Of a stretch of DNA of 64,000 nt, positions 28,540-40,867 are shown in pieces (position 1 is the first letter of the stretch; every line of letters starts with the position of its first letter). The stretch comes from Mobula birostris (Eukaryota). The notes under the pieces are model-generated. The model saw nothing but the letters and a program-made list of their open reading frames with translations. It was not told where the DNA came from and made no database searches. The stretch covers positions 91,499,006-91,563,005 of the forward strand of contig NC_092379.1 in the NCBI RefSeq assembly GCF_030028105.1, given 5' to 3'. A program made the position numbers and the translations under genes.

Positions 28540-31500
28540 TACTATTATTAATTTCTTACATAAAAGAATACAGAGTACAGGAGGATATTATTATATATCA
28601 ATTACAATATATTTAAATCACACTTATAGTCTCATTACCCCATATTCATGTAAATGAAATTGAATCGTAATATTGAAAAGTAATTTTATTATACAAAAAA
28701 TCTAAACCCACTACCAGGAAAAGCTGTTTAGTAAAACATATTAGCCAACATCTGTACGTAATAACAAATCTAAAAGATTTTTAAAATAATACAAAAATGG
28801 TCCCCAGCATGTTAGAAAGTCTTGTCTAGATTCAGAAATTGAACAATGTATCTCCTCTAAATTTAAGCATGACATAACATTGCTTAACCACTGAGCATGA
28901 GTAGGCAGAGCAACATCAATGCCCTCCTAGCTATAAGAGAAACGAAAGCCAAAATGTGCAAATTAGGTGTCTCCAAGATAATATCTTTTCCTCCAACAAT
29001 ACCGAATACGGCAGTCAAAGGGTTAGGTTTAAAATTTACCTTGAAAAGTACAGAGAAAGTTTGGAATACTTCCTTACAATATTTTTCAAGACACGGGCAT
29101 GTCCAGAACATATGAATTAATGAAGCTTCTCCATTGTTACATCTGTCACATTAGGGAGATATATCTGAATAAAAACAAGACAGCTTATCTTTAGTCATGT
29201 GGGCCCTATGGACCACTTTAAATTGTAGGAGGGAATGACGGGCACATAACGATGAGGTATTAACCAATTTAAAAATTTCATTCCAAGCTTCCTCAGAAAT
29301 TGAAGTCTGTAAGTCTTGTTCCCAGAGATTTTTAGTTTTGTCTAGAGTGTTTCTCATTCTCAACAACACACCATAAATATTAGATATTGAAACATTATGA
29401 AAAGGTTTCAAATTAAAAATTACATCTAATAAATTCTTATCTGGCCCTTTAGGAAATATATGTAATTGAGGTTGCAGAAAGTCTCCAATTTGTAAATATC
29501 AAAAAAAGTGGGGTTTTGGTAAGCTATATTTAGCCGACAACTGCTCAAATGAAAAGAGGCTTTCTCCAATGAACAAATCCTGGAAGCATTTAATACCCAG
29601 TCTATCCCAATCTTTGAAATCTACATCAGTCATAGAAGGTTTAAAAAAGGTTAGAAAAAATGGAACTTGAAAGAGAAAATCTCAATAAACCAAAATATTT
29701 TCCAAATTGTACCCAAATCCTCAAAGTATGTTTAACTACAAAACTATCAGCTAGTTTACTTAATAATAAAGGAATAGAGGATCCGATGAGAGAGATGATA
29801 GAAAATTTATTAACCGAGTTAGCTTCTAAAGAAACCCAAACCGGGCAGTCCTCTCAGTTAATATAATATGACCAAAATGTGAGGTTCTGTATATTGACTG
29901 CCCAGTAATAAAATCTAAAATTTGGTAAAGCCAAACCTCCATTCTTTTTTAGCTTTTTGAAGATGAACTTTTATTTAGTCGAGAAAGTTTATTTTTCCAT
30001 ATATATTATAGAATCAAGAGAATCAAAAAAGGATTTAGGAATAAAAACAGGTAAGGCCTGAAAAAGGTATAAAAATTTAGGCAAGATATTCATTTTAATA
30101 GAATTAATTCGGCCAATCAACGATAGTGAAAGGGGCGACCATTTTGATAGCGCCCTTTTTACATAAATCAGTAGGGTAAAAAAATTAGCTTTAAATAAAT
30201 ATTTATAATTCTTAGTAATTGTTACACCCAAATAAGTAAATTGATTTCTTACAATTTTAAAAGGAAGTTTAGTACTAATTGATACCAAATTATTCAAAGG
30301 AAAAAGTTCACTCTTATGAAAATTTAGTTTATATCCTGAAAACTGACCAAAACAGGAGAGTAAGGAAAGTACGGAGGCAATGAAGTCTCAACTTTAGAAA
30401 TATAAAGCAATAGGTCATCAGCATAAAGCGAAACTTTGTGAATAATACTTCTCCTTAAATTATTAGATTCTCGAAAAGCAATAGCTAAGGGTTCTAAGGC
30501 CAGATCAAAAAGCAAAGTGCTCAAAGGACAACCTTGTCTAGTTCCAAGTTGAAGTTTAAATGGTTTGGAATTCTGAGAGTTAGTAAGAACCCGAGCAGAG
30601 GGAGATAAATAAAGTAATTTAATCCATTGAATAAAATTGGGCCCAAATTTAAATTTTTCGAAGGTTTTAAATAAACAATTCCATTCAACCTGATCGAAAG
30701 CTTTCTCAGCATCTAAGGATATCACACATTCCGGTATCTTTTTAGAAGGAGAATAAATAACATTTAATAAATGACGAATATTAAAGTGGGAATATCGATT
30801 TTTAATAAATCCAGTCTGATCGTCAGAAATAATAGATGGTAAAATATTTTCAATCCTACGAGCCAAAACTTTGGATAGGATTTTAGTGTCAACATTAAGT
30901 AAGGAGATTGGTCTATATGAAGAGCATTCAGTTGGGTTCTTATTCTTTTTAAGAATAAGTGAAATAGAAGCCTCTAAAAAGATTGTGGCAATCTACCCAA
31001 CTTAAAGGAGTCCGAGAGGACTGAATATAAATGAGGTATAAGCAATGAGGAAAAAGCCTTATAAAATTCTCCAGAAAATCCATCAGAACCCGGAGCCTTC
31101 CCTGAGTGCAATGAACATACAGCCTCGGCACTTTCCTCATAAGAAATAGGTTGATCCAACTGTTTTCGGTTATCATCAGAAAGTGTAGGGATGCTTAATT
31201 GGTCTAAGAAATTATTCATTACAGTGTTATCTTTAGGAGGATCAGAACTATAAAGTTTGGAATAAAATTCTCTAAAGGTATCATTTATTTCTAAATGATC
31301 AGTTGTCCTATCACCATTAGCTTTACAAGTTTCTTTAATTTGCCGTTTAGCTATAAAGGTTTTTAATTGGTTAGCCAGTAATTTACCTGTTTTGTCTCCA
31401 TGAATATAAAATTGACTTTTATCTTTTAGGAGTTGAGTTTCAATTGGGTATGTTAAAAGAAGATCATATTTAATTTTAATTTCAACGTGCCTTTTATATA

Positions 31501-31814
31501 AAGAAGGTTCTGGAGTCAGGGCATATTTTTGATCTAATTGTTTCAACTGATTAGCCAATTCAATTCTCTCTTTATTAGCTTTTTTCTTAACATTTGCAGT
31601 ATAAGAAATAATTTGTCCTCTAATATAAGCCTTAAAGGCATCCCATATAATAAGACTAGAAGTCTCTTCCCGTGTATTCTCTTCAAAAAAATAATTTGTC
31701 TCTCCAAAAACTTTCAAAAATCCTTATCTGATAGCAAAGTTGGATTAAAACGCCAAAATCTGTTTATTTGAGGGAGACCAGGGAGATTTAAAGATAAAAA
31801 TACAGGAGCATGGC
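28540..31814 (-). mobile_element. L1-clade LINE, 5'-truncated, frameshifted ORF2
   Basis: WDAFKAYIRG, KAPGSDGF, SLDAEKAFD, GTRQGCPLS, SLYADD, YLG, GRINSIKMNILPKFLYLFQ, and the H..W.C cysteine-rich C-terminus. Confidence 0.93.
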
Positions 31815-31867
31815 TAATCCATCAACGCTCAGTAGGAATCTAATCCACTAATTCCAGTTGAAAACAT

Positions 31868-32191
31868 CAGACCATCAGGCATAGGAGCAGAATTAGGCCA
31901 CTCAGCCCATCGAGTCTGCTCTGTTGTTGCATCACGGTTGATTTATCATCCCTCTCAACCCTATATTCTCCTGCCTTCTCTCCATAACCTTTGACGCCTG
32001 ACTAACCAAGAACTTATCAAACTCTGCGTTAAATATACAAAATGCCTTGGCTGCAACAGTTGTCAGTGGCAATGAATTCCAGATTCACCACCAGCTGGCT
32101 AAAGAAATTCCTTCTCATCTCTGTTCAAAATAGGTATCCTTCTATTTAGAGGGGGAGCCCTCTGGTCCTCGACTCACCCACTACAGGAAAC
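31868..32191 (-). mobile_element. CR1 LINE 3' tail fragment
   Basis: Similar to 7676-8000. Confidence 0.8.
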
Positions 32192-32604
32192 ATATGTGGG
32201 CAGAACTGAAAAAGTGTGTGCGAGCAAGGAGGCCTACAAACCTGACTCAGTTACACCAGTTCTGTCTGGAGGAATGGAACAAAATTCCAGCAACTTACTG
32301 TGAGAAGCTTGTGGAAGGCTACCCAAAATGTTTGACCCAATTTAAACAACTTAAAGGCAATGCTACCAAATACCAACTGAGTGTATGTAAACTTCTGACC
32401 CACTGGGACAGTGATGAAAGAAATAAAAGCTGAAATAAATCATTCTCTCTACTATCATTCTGACATTTCACATTCCTAAAATAAAGTAGTGATCCTAACT
32501 GACCTAAGACAGGGAATGTTTTCTAGGATTAAATGTCAGAAATTGTGAAAAACTGAGTTTAAATGTATTTGGCTAAAGTGTATGTAAACTTCTGACTTCC
32601 ACTG
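32192..32604 (+). mobile_element. Tc1 3' fragment of the Sleeping Beauty/Tdr1 subfamily with complete right IR/DR
   Basis: WAELKKCVRARRPTNLTQLHQ...LVEGYPK.LTQ.KQLKGNATKY; two direct repeats GTGTATGTAAACTTCTGAC; ends CACTG|TA. Confidence 0.9.
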
Positions 32605-33040
32605 TAGATAAACCTTCTCACAAGTTTATTGTATTTTAAAAAATTATTATGGTGTTCTTTATCTTATTTCTTTTTTTTTGTGCTGCATCAGTTCCAGAGT
32701 AACAATTTTTGTTTTCCTTTACGCTTGTGTACTAGAAATTACATTAAACAATCTTGAATCTTGATTTTTAAAAAAATTTCCTGCCCTGAATCCAGAATAT
32801 AGTTTGCAGGGTAAAGAATAAAGTTAACTTATTATTTTCTTGATCCCGTTGAGCTGAATTATAAAAGCACTAGCTGGATGCCTCTAGTTACATGGTGCAT
32901 AGGTAATGTATTCCTGCATTAATGTAAATGCTTCAGAGAATTAAGCCAATAATATGCTACTTCATAACATAATATTTGCAATTGTATTTTTAAGGAAAAT
33001 CTGCAATATGTTAGAAGCAAATTTCAGCCTGGGAACTGAT

Positions 33041-33046
33041 TTTATT
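33041..33046 (-). terminator. Candidate AATAAA polyadenylation signal of TRMT12
   Basis: tttatt on + about 80 nt past the stop codon; another candidate at 32625-32630. Confidence 0.45.
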
Positions 33047-33124
33047 TAAGGTATTTTCAGATTTTCCATCTTCATGAATTATCAGTTATATGTGAAAACA
33101 AGAGTACTTGAATCACATTAATCA

Positions 33125-33676
33125 TCAACATGGCCTACATTCCAAATCCAGTACAACATGGTCAATGTGTGGGGCATAAGATTTCACACACTCAATATGC
33201 AAGATATTTGTGGACCATGGCTTTTTATGGCGAGTTTCCAGCATTCTCTTAATTCTTAATGCCACCAATTCTGCCCAAGATTGCCATTCAGGATGAGTAA
33301 AAAGCTTTTTTTCATAATATGTCCCACAGTTTGATTGAATTTTTGACTTATTTTCCTTCCACCTTGAGCCAAGTGTGTTCTCTTCAGTGGTACATTTTTG
33401 AAAATCATATGTGATATCTGGAACTGTAGTTTCAGAGTAGCTCTCATCTGGTACCGTTTCTGTCAAAGTTTGCTGTTGTTTCTTGCTACAACATGCATTA
33501 TCATTTTTCTCATTAAACAGTGCACCTCTCTTCTCAGGATACAGGCTGACATTATTGTGGATATGTAAAATCCCTCCTCGATCCTTCTTCAATAATTGGC
33601 ATGCTACAGGCCATCCCTCTTCCGAACTTGGAATTAGACCCAAGTTCACTCGATCTGCCATGTTCTGCAGAAAAAG
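33125..33676 (-). CDS. TRMT12: TRMT12 last coding exon (LFLQNMADRVNLGLIPSSEEGWPVAC...VKSYAPHIDHVVLDLECRPC*); tRNA wybutosine-synthesizing protein 2
   Basis: ORF 33125..33661 extended to the ctgtag| acceptor; ADRVxLGLIPSSE and VKSYAP motifs. Spliced CDS totals 1395 nt = 464 aa + stop. Confidence 0.95.
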   Translation of the reverse strand, partial: LFLQNMADRVNLGLIPSSEEGWPVACQLLKKDRGGILHIHNNVSLYPEKRGALFNEKNDNACCSKKQQQTLTETVPDESYSETTVPDITYDFQKCTTEENTLGSRWKENKSKIQSNCGTYYEKKLFTHPEWQSWAELVALRIKRMLETRHKKPWSTNILHIECVKSYAPHIDHVVLDLECRPC

Positions 33677-36655
33677 CTACAGAACACAAAATAAGTTTTT
33701 AATAGTTATAAATGGAAATGTCAAACAACCCATAACAAAGGAACATAATAATCAGGAGACTATTACCTGCCTCACACTAGCAGACTTTGGATACAAAGAC
33801 AGAAACCAATGAACAGTTTGCCTAATGAAAATCAAAAACAAAACTGCAGATGCTAGAAATTTGGGGAAAAAAACAGAAAGTGCTGGCAACATTCAGCAAG
33901 TCATGTAGTATATGTGGAAGGGTAAATAGAATTAATGTTTTAGATTACAGATCATCCATCTGAACAGGTTGCCAGAACACAAAAACAGGAGGGAAAATTA
34001 TGCTAAGTATAAAAGATGAATCCTCTAAATTGTATGATCTCTCTTTGGCTATCTAAATATCTTTAATTTGACAATGTAATTTTCTATTACAGATGTGCTA
34101 TATTTTTGCTGAAACTATGGTTCAGGTAATTATTTTCTGAACAGGAATGGAAATGTACATTGATGGATGAATGCCCTTCGATTTACAAATGAAAGACTCC
34201 CACTTTCTGTGGTGATGCTCATATAGCTTGTTAGCTCATCTGTGTACATAATTGATGTCACCTTTATAGCCATGTACAGTTAATGGCATCCATAAATCCA
34301 AGGGTGTGCAATTTAAAGCACCCTTGCACAGTTTTATGCGTAGTTGATAATGCCCCTGTATAGACACCTCCGTGCAATTCACACCATACAGCCATGTACA
34401 TATGTGCAGTAAAGTCGGCCCATGGTTAGCCACATGTACGCAGTTGATGCACAGAGATGATGCTCATTTTGAGTACTGTTATCAAATAGGAAGCTAATAT
34501 GTCCCACTTTAAAACGCCCAACCTCTAACAAAAAGAAACATTGTTCCATGGAATGTTCGATAAGTTTATAACAATCTTTATGACACCTTCTATTCTGAAG
34601 CAGGTATTTATGCAAGTCAACCATTGTCCTAGGCAGTGTTGAATTCAGTGCCACTCCTCACCCAGAAATGTCAACCTTGAGGAAGTTCTCCTCTGCACTG
34701 GTCCCTTTTGCCTTCTTCACCTTCAGTTTCTCTTTGCCTTCTAGTCTTCAATTAGATACTGATGAAAATCACAACCATTTCACTTTCTTAGCAAATCTCT
34801 CTGCTTCAAATCAACCCACGTGTATTTCCATTCAGCATCACAAGTACGTTCAAACTAGCTGGAGTTTCTCAAGGTTTCAATGTTTTCTAAAGATCCGTAT
34901 TCTATTCCATCTGCTAGCACATGCATGCTCTTGACCTCTCTCCGCAACAACTCAGTCTATCTCACAGCTGTCATGCTCTGCCTTTCCACCTCATTCTCCA
35001 TTGTATTTGGTACTAAAGTAGAAACTATTTTCCTTTGTTTCTGACACCAAAGATAAACTTCAATAACTCTTGTACTATATTCTAATAGCTCCCCTGACTT
35101 TTCTTCCCCTTGAATTTATTCTAACAGCACCTCTCCCTCTGGTTCTACCTCCTGCTGTCTTTTCACCATCCTTTCCGACCTACATATGACTGATCCTGAA
35201 ATCAATCCCCATATGAGGTCTCAGATTCACTGGACCGTTTGTCCCCTTACATCCCTATCTTAAGGAATTCTGAGTCTGATCTGATGTTGAACTCTCCTTT
35301 TACTGCCTCCATGTCTACCTCTTTAGCCATGATCCTTTCTCTTGAATTTCCAATCCACCTGGACTCCTTACTTTGGCCTATCATCTTCTTTTGATCTATC
35401 CATGGATAACTTCCAATGGAACACTGAAATACTTGTTTTTCCCCCCTACTGTCCTCATTCACTCCCTTAACCCTCCCCCCACCATACCTGCATACCAAGA
35501 ACCAATCCTGACATTGTCATCAAACCTGCTGACAAAGATGAGAATGTTCTGTTTTGGTGAATTGATCTTTAGCTCAGAGGCTAATGTTACTCCTCAAACA
35601 CATTGGTCCAGACCATTCCCACTTACAAATCAATAGCAACACCTTTGATGTGCACAGGAGAACTTCCTTCAATAGCTGCAATAATTCACTTCTGCCTTTT
35701 GCCCAAGATCCACAAGCAGCACTGTCAGGACACACTTAATGTTTCAGCCTGCTCTTATCCCACTAAACTGGCTTCTTCCTACCTTTCCCTGGTCCTGTCC
35801 CTTCCCACTTACAACCATGACACAGCTGGATGCCCTTCATCACTTCAAAAGTTTTCAATTCCCTGGTCCCAACTGGTTCACCTTCTCCGTATTTGTAGAA
35901 TCCCTCTACACCTCCATCCTGCAATGGGAGACTCCAAAACCCCAGCTCCTGCCCTGAAAAGAAGCCCAACTAGTTCTCCTCCAACAAAACATACTCACTT
36001 GCCTGGCTGAGTTTGTCCAAGTATTGAACAACTTTTTCAACTCTGACCATTTTCTTGAGATCAAAGATGTAGCTATGGGTATTTGCATGGGCCCAACAAA
36101 GCCCATCTTTCTTCTCAGATAATGTGGAACAATCTTTGTTTCAATCCTACCTGACCCTCCTTCCTCAACTCTTTTTCTGGTGTGCCAATCTTGCATTGCT
36201 GCTGCTTCCTTCCCTCAAAGAGAACTTAAAAATGTCATTAATGCCAATTTCCACTCAGTTCTCATATTCACATGGTCCATCTCTGACTCTTCCCTTTCCT
36301 TTGAAATGTCTTGCTTCTTCCTGAATTGTGTAATCTCCTCTACCATTGTGTTCTGCTCTCACTCACTCTCCTCATAACGGACTTACCCAGCTCTTTATCT
36401 TCCACCCCCCAGCCTCCATATTCAATGGGTCATCCTGTCACAATTTCCACCAGTGCCAGTAAGATGTCTTCACCAGCATTTAAGGGGGACTATTTCCTTC
36501 AAAACAGCCTGGTCCACTTTCCCATCTCTACCAAAAACTCTCTGTATTATAGCACTCTCCTGTGCAATCGCAGGAGATGCAACATCTGTCCATTCACTTG
36601 TGCCCTCTCAACATCCAGAGCTCAAAACAGTTCTTCCAGATGAATCTTCCAATCA

Positions 36656-37347
36656 ACAATTTCAGTACGCTGGATGAACGCAGCAGGTCGGGCAGCATCA
36701 GTCAGAAACGATGAGTCAACATTTCAGGCCGGATCTCTTCGTCAGGACTGAAGAATGAAAGATGGGGAAGGATTTGAAGAATGCTTGTAGCGTCAGTTGA
36801 TAGACCAGTAATTTGAAAGACAAAGGGGTGGGGGAGGGGAAGCATTGACATCATAGCCCTGCAAATGATGGGTAGTAGAAGGGGGCTGAACCATGAGGGA
36901 GCTGGGGGAGGTGGTAGAGTGAAATAGGGATAGAGGAAGGGAGGGGGAGGGAATTACCGGAAGTTGGAGAATTCTATGTTCATACCAAGGGGCTGGAAAC
37001 TACCTAGATGGTATATGAGGTGTTGCTCCTCCAACCAGAGTTTAGCCTCATCATGGCAGTGGAGGAGGCCATGTGTGGACATATCTGAATGGGAATGGGA
37101 AGCAGAGTTGAAGTGGGTGGCTACCGGGAGATCCTGTCTGTTGTGGCGGACAGAGTGGAGGTGCTCGACGAAGCGGTCCCCCAATCAGCGTTGGGTTTCA
37201 CCGATGTAGAGGAGGCCGCACTGGGAGCACCAGATGTAATAGATGACCCCAACAGACTCACAAGTGTTGTCTCACCTGGAAGGACTGTTTGGGGCCCTGA
37301 ATGGTTGCAAGAGATGAGGTGTAGGGACAGGTGTAGTACTTACGCTA
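36656..37347 (-). mobile_element. Younger Penelope-like element 3' portion (GIY-YIG C-terminus plus terminal repeat), 13-bp TSD
   Basis: GDRFVEHLHSV..DLPVATHFNS...EEQHLIYHLGSFQPLGMNIEFSNF; TSD AATCTTCCAATCA at 36643-36655 and 37348-37360. Confidence 0.88.
36713..36750 (-). ncRNA. Minimal type I hammerhead ribozyme motif (PLE-associated)
   Basis: CAGUC-CUGACGA-AGAGAUCCGGCCU-GAAA-UG-UU-GACUC; core boxes intact, stem I AGUC/GACU. Confidence 0.6.
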
Positions 37348-38325
37348 AATCTTCCAATCAGCTTAATGCAGTGTCCTCTACAATGGAGAACGAAAATGGA
37401 AATTCAGTGAATGCTCTGTGAAGCTTCTGAATTCAATACACATGAGTGACCCTGATCTTCCAGTTGTCCGCCATTTTAAATCACCATCCCACTCTGACCT
37501 ATTTCTTTATGGCCTCCTGCACTTTTGCAATGAGACTCAATTTAAGCTTAAGGAGCACATCATCTTCCTTCTGGGCACATTCCGAACTTTCAGAACCAAT
37601 ATTGAATCCTCCAACCTTAGGTAGCTCACTCTTTCTGCCTATATCCAAACTTGATATGCCTATATTTCAGGCTGTCATCATTTTGGCTCATTTTTCTGAT
37701 TGTATTTGGATAGTTTGCATTTTTAGGCATGTCCCCTCAGCCTCACTATTTCCAACACATTACATTAACAAGAATCTTAAGATTTCTGGTAACAGCTTCA
37801 ACCTACTCATTTTATCAGAGACATTTCCTTTGATCTATTCATGCCTTCCTCTGCCTCCCACACACAGCTTCACTCTTACCGAAGACTAATTTTCTTGTGT
37901 ATGCAGTTTTGACCCAGGGTGTTTGTTAATTGCTTTTGCACAGATGTTGCTTGACCTGTTGAATGTTTCATCATTTTCAGCTTTAGGACACTTGTCCTAA
38001 TCTTGTTAGAAGGGGAAGGGTCAGTTACAGATTTCCTGCTCAACTTTTTTTCAATCAGCCTGTTAATGTGCCTCTGCAGTTTGCTCATAGCTCTAAGTTA
38101 AATAAATCTGTACGTCAACATCACCAGTGCCTCGGAGGTACAAAGATAAAAGTTACCAGAAAACAGGATTAAACTTAGACTGAAATTTTGAAAGTGATAT
38201 CATCAACTGTACCAATTAAATTATTCCTCAAGACGTCAGCATACTCCAGCAGAACACATATTGAAAACCGTGTAATAATTAATTGGACAGGCATCAATGA
38301 AAAAGAATGAGGCTTAAGGCAGTAC

Positions 38326-38483
38326 CTGCCGATTATCACCACTGTGGACCCTACAGCGGTCTGATACTTTATTTAGTTCCAGGTTCTTCAGTAATGCAGA
38401 AACTGCATGCGGATTCCACTCACAGGCATGAACAAATGCTGCGCCCGCATGCACCAGAAATGGTAGTGTAAAATATCCAATTC
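38326..38483 (-). CDS. TRMT12: TRMT12 coding exon 6 (IGYFTLPFLVHAGAAFVHACEWNPHAVSALLKNLELNKVSDRCRVHSGDNRQ)
   Basis: Translated by hand. ttgcag| acceptor and |gtactg donor; 158 nt; GIGYF, CEWNP and GDNR motifs of the Trm5/TYW2 family. Confidence 0.95.
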
Positions 38484-39039
38484 CTGCAAGAATTAACCAC
38501 AGATGTTATCATTATCAGTCTCATTTGAAATCAACTAATATGACTGTATTACCAGTAACATATGATTCGTAAAATATGATATCACTTTAATGTACCAATA
38601 CAGATCACATTTGTTATTCCCCATCTGAGTATCAAACAGATGTAAGATTTGCAACTAAAATCATCACTGCTCCCCTTTTCTCCAAGGTTTTACATTAACT
38701 GTGATTATACTTCAAGAATAATGTGATGGTTTTTAGACACTCTGAAATGTCCAAAGAATGTGAGAATCATGACATACTGTATATGCATGTCTTCATTTTC
38801 CATTAGATGTAATACTGGTGTTGTTTCTCACAGACTGAATCATCAAAGCAACTAGTTTACATAGACACTTCTGTCGGCATTTACAACTCAGATGCCAATA
38901 GAAACCGAAATATGTTCGTCATTCGAAATAGTAAATTCCACACATGGGCCAACAAATATATGTTTTCATTGTTTATTTCATGAACCCAGCTCCTCATCTT
39001 TTGGTAAAAAAAAAAAGAAAGTATTGGGAGGAAACAGAA

Positions 39040-40490
39040 AGAGCCACTTGCTGGATATGGAGCAGGTGAGAGGAGTTGAGCTGGAAGTCAGGAGCAGATG
39101 GGCAGTGACTTGGCCACCAACTGGAGAGTGTAGTGGTCAAGGGTCAAGTAACTCTACGAAAATTGGGCACCACCTGGCAACATCTGTTCCTGGTCAAAGG
39201 CTGTTACATCATCAGGTAACTGAAGAGAGCACCCCGTTGTATGTTGCAAGCAACGATGGGGCCTCACATAGATTGTTGATCAACTTTGGAAGATTGAACT
39301 TGAAGGCAGAGTACAAGGTTAATGCCATAATTCTTAGCAGTGTGTAGGACCCACATGATCTTGGGTCCTAACCGGAGATACCATGCAAATTGTTACAGTG
39401 GGTAAGAAAAGCATGTGATGTACTTTTTATTCTGGCATCTTCTCCCTTCCTTTCCAGTGCTGAAGAAGAGCCTCGGCCTGAAACGTCAACTGTTTATTCA
39501 TTTCCATAGATGCTGCCCAACCTGCTGAGTTCCTCCAGTGTCTTATGTGTGTTGCATATGGTGTGCTGGCCTTCATGAGTCACGGGATTGAGTTCAAGAG
39601 CATCATGGTAATGCTGCAGGTCTATAAAACTGTGGTTATGTTCAGTTCTGGTCGCTTCATTATAGGAAGAATGTGGAAGCCATAGAGAGGATTTAGAAAT
39701 TTACCAAAATGCTGTCTGGATTAGCAAGTATGTTTATTTTTTTATTTAGAGAGACAATATGAAATAGGCTCTTCCAGACCTTCAGGCTGCACTGACAAGC
39801 AACCCCCAATTTACCTCTGATTTAACCCTAGCCTCATCACAGGACAATTTACAATGACCAATTAGCCTAGTAACCAGGACGTCTTTGGACTGTGGGAGGA
39901 AACCGGAGGATACGAAGGAAACCCACGCATTCTACAGGGAGGATGTACAGACCCTTTATAGGTAATGTTGCAGAGAACTCCAAACTCCAGCGCCCCGAGC
40001 TACTGTATAATAGCGTCATGCTACCTGCTACACTACCATGGCGCCCAAGGTCTTTTGAGGAAAGCTGAGCAGCTATAGCTTTTCTCTTTGGTGTGAAGGA
40101 GCATGAGGCAACTTAACAGAGGTGAATACAATTATGAGAGGCACAGACAGAGTGAACAGACAACACCTTTTTCCCGGGGTGGCGGGGCAATGGTCAATAC
40201 CTGAGGATGTCTGTTTAAAGTGAGTGGAGGAAAGCACAAGGGAGATGCCAGAGGTAGCTCTTGTTTTATCACACAGAGAGTGGTAGATACCTAGCACACA
40301 ATGCCGGGTGTGGTGGTAGAGGATGATACAATAAGGACATTTAAGTTTCTTAGAGTGGCACATAGATGTAAAAAAAATGGAGAGCTATGGGCTGTATAAG
40401 AGAAAGGGTTAGAGTGCGTGTGGAGTAGATTTGTACTTGTCAGCACAACATTGTGGACCCATGGGCCATTGCAGTGGTGTACAGTTCTAA
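39040..40490 (+). mobile_element. Degenerate CR1 with nested PLE tail and V-SINE (about 39745-40046, minus)
   Basis: CR1 RT C-terminal remnants; V-domain reverse complement TGGGAGGAAACCGGAG...GGAAACCCAC. Confidence 0.7.
39455..39492 (+). ncRNA. Minimal type I hammerhead ribozyme motif in a solitary PLE terminal fragment (about 39430-39556)
   Basis: CAGUG-CUGAAGA-AGAGCCUCGGCCU-GAAA-CG-UC-AACUG; intact core and palindromic ACGU stem III. Confidence 0.65.
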
Positions 40491-40757
40491 GCCCTATAAA
40501 ACCTGCACAATATAGATAGGCTATTATCCACCAGACAAGGAATGAGCAATCCATTACGAGGTTGTGTAATATAAATGCCCTTTATCTAATCTCTATGCCT
40601 CCCCCCCCCCCCCAATTCTTATTGAATGACAAAGCAGGAACAATTGCCCTATTCCTGATTCCCCTTCTTACTTTGACAGACAGAGACTTTATGGAATCAA
40701 TGCATGTAATATGCCCATTCAGCTCATTGTGGTTCAGCTATTGATTCTTGATGTTAC

Positions 40758-40867
40758 CTGCATACAGGTCCACAACCACTTCTCCTCTGCAGTCAAAAGA
40801 GCTGACACGTAGCTTTTCTGTGATATTTCCAGAAGAGAACATGCATTTGGTAATGTCAAATGTGTAT
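40758..40867 (-). CDS. TRMT12: TRMT12 coding exon 5 (YTFDITKCMFSSGNITEKLRVSSFDCRGEVVVDLYA-G)
   Basis: Translated by hand. ctatag| acceptor and |gtaaca donor; 110 nt; MFSxGNxTEK motif and start of SAM-binding motif I (VDLYAG). Confidence 0.95.

Larger units (their letters stand above)
35190..37980 (+). mobile_element. Old Penelope-like element (RT plus GIY-YIG remnants), split by a younger antisense PLE
   Basis: FCLLPKIHK, VESLYTSI and VAMG remnants; PDLPVVRHFKSPSHSDL...EHIIF.LG; degenerate tail at about 37875-37980. Confidence 0.75.
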
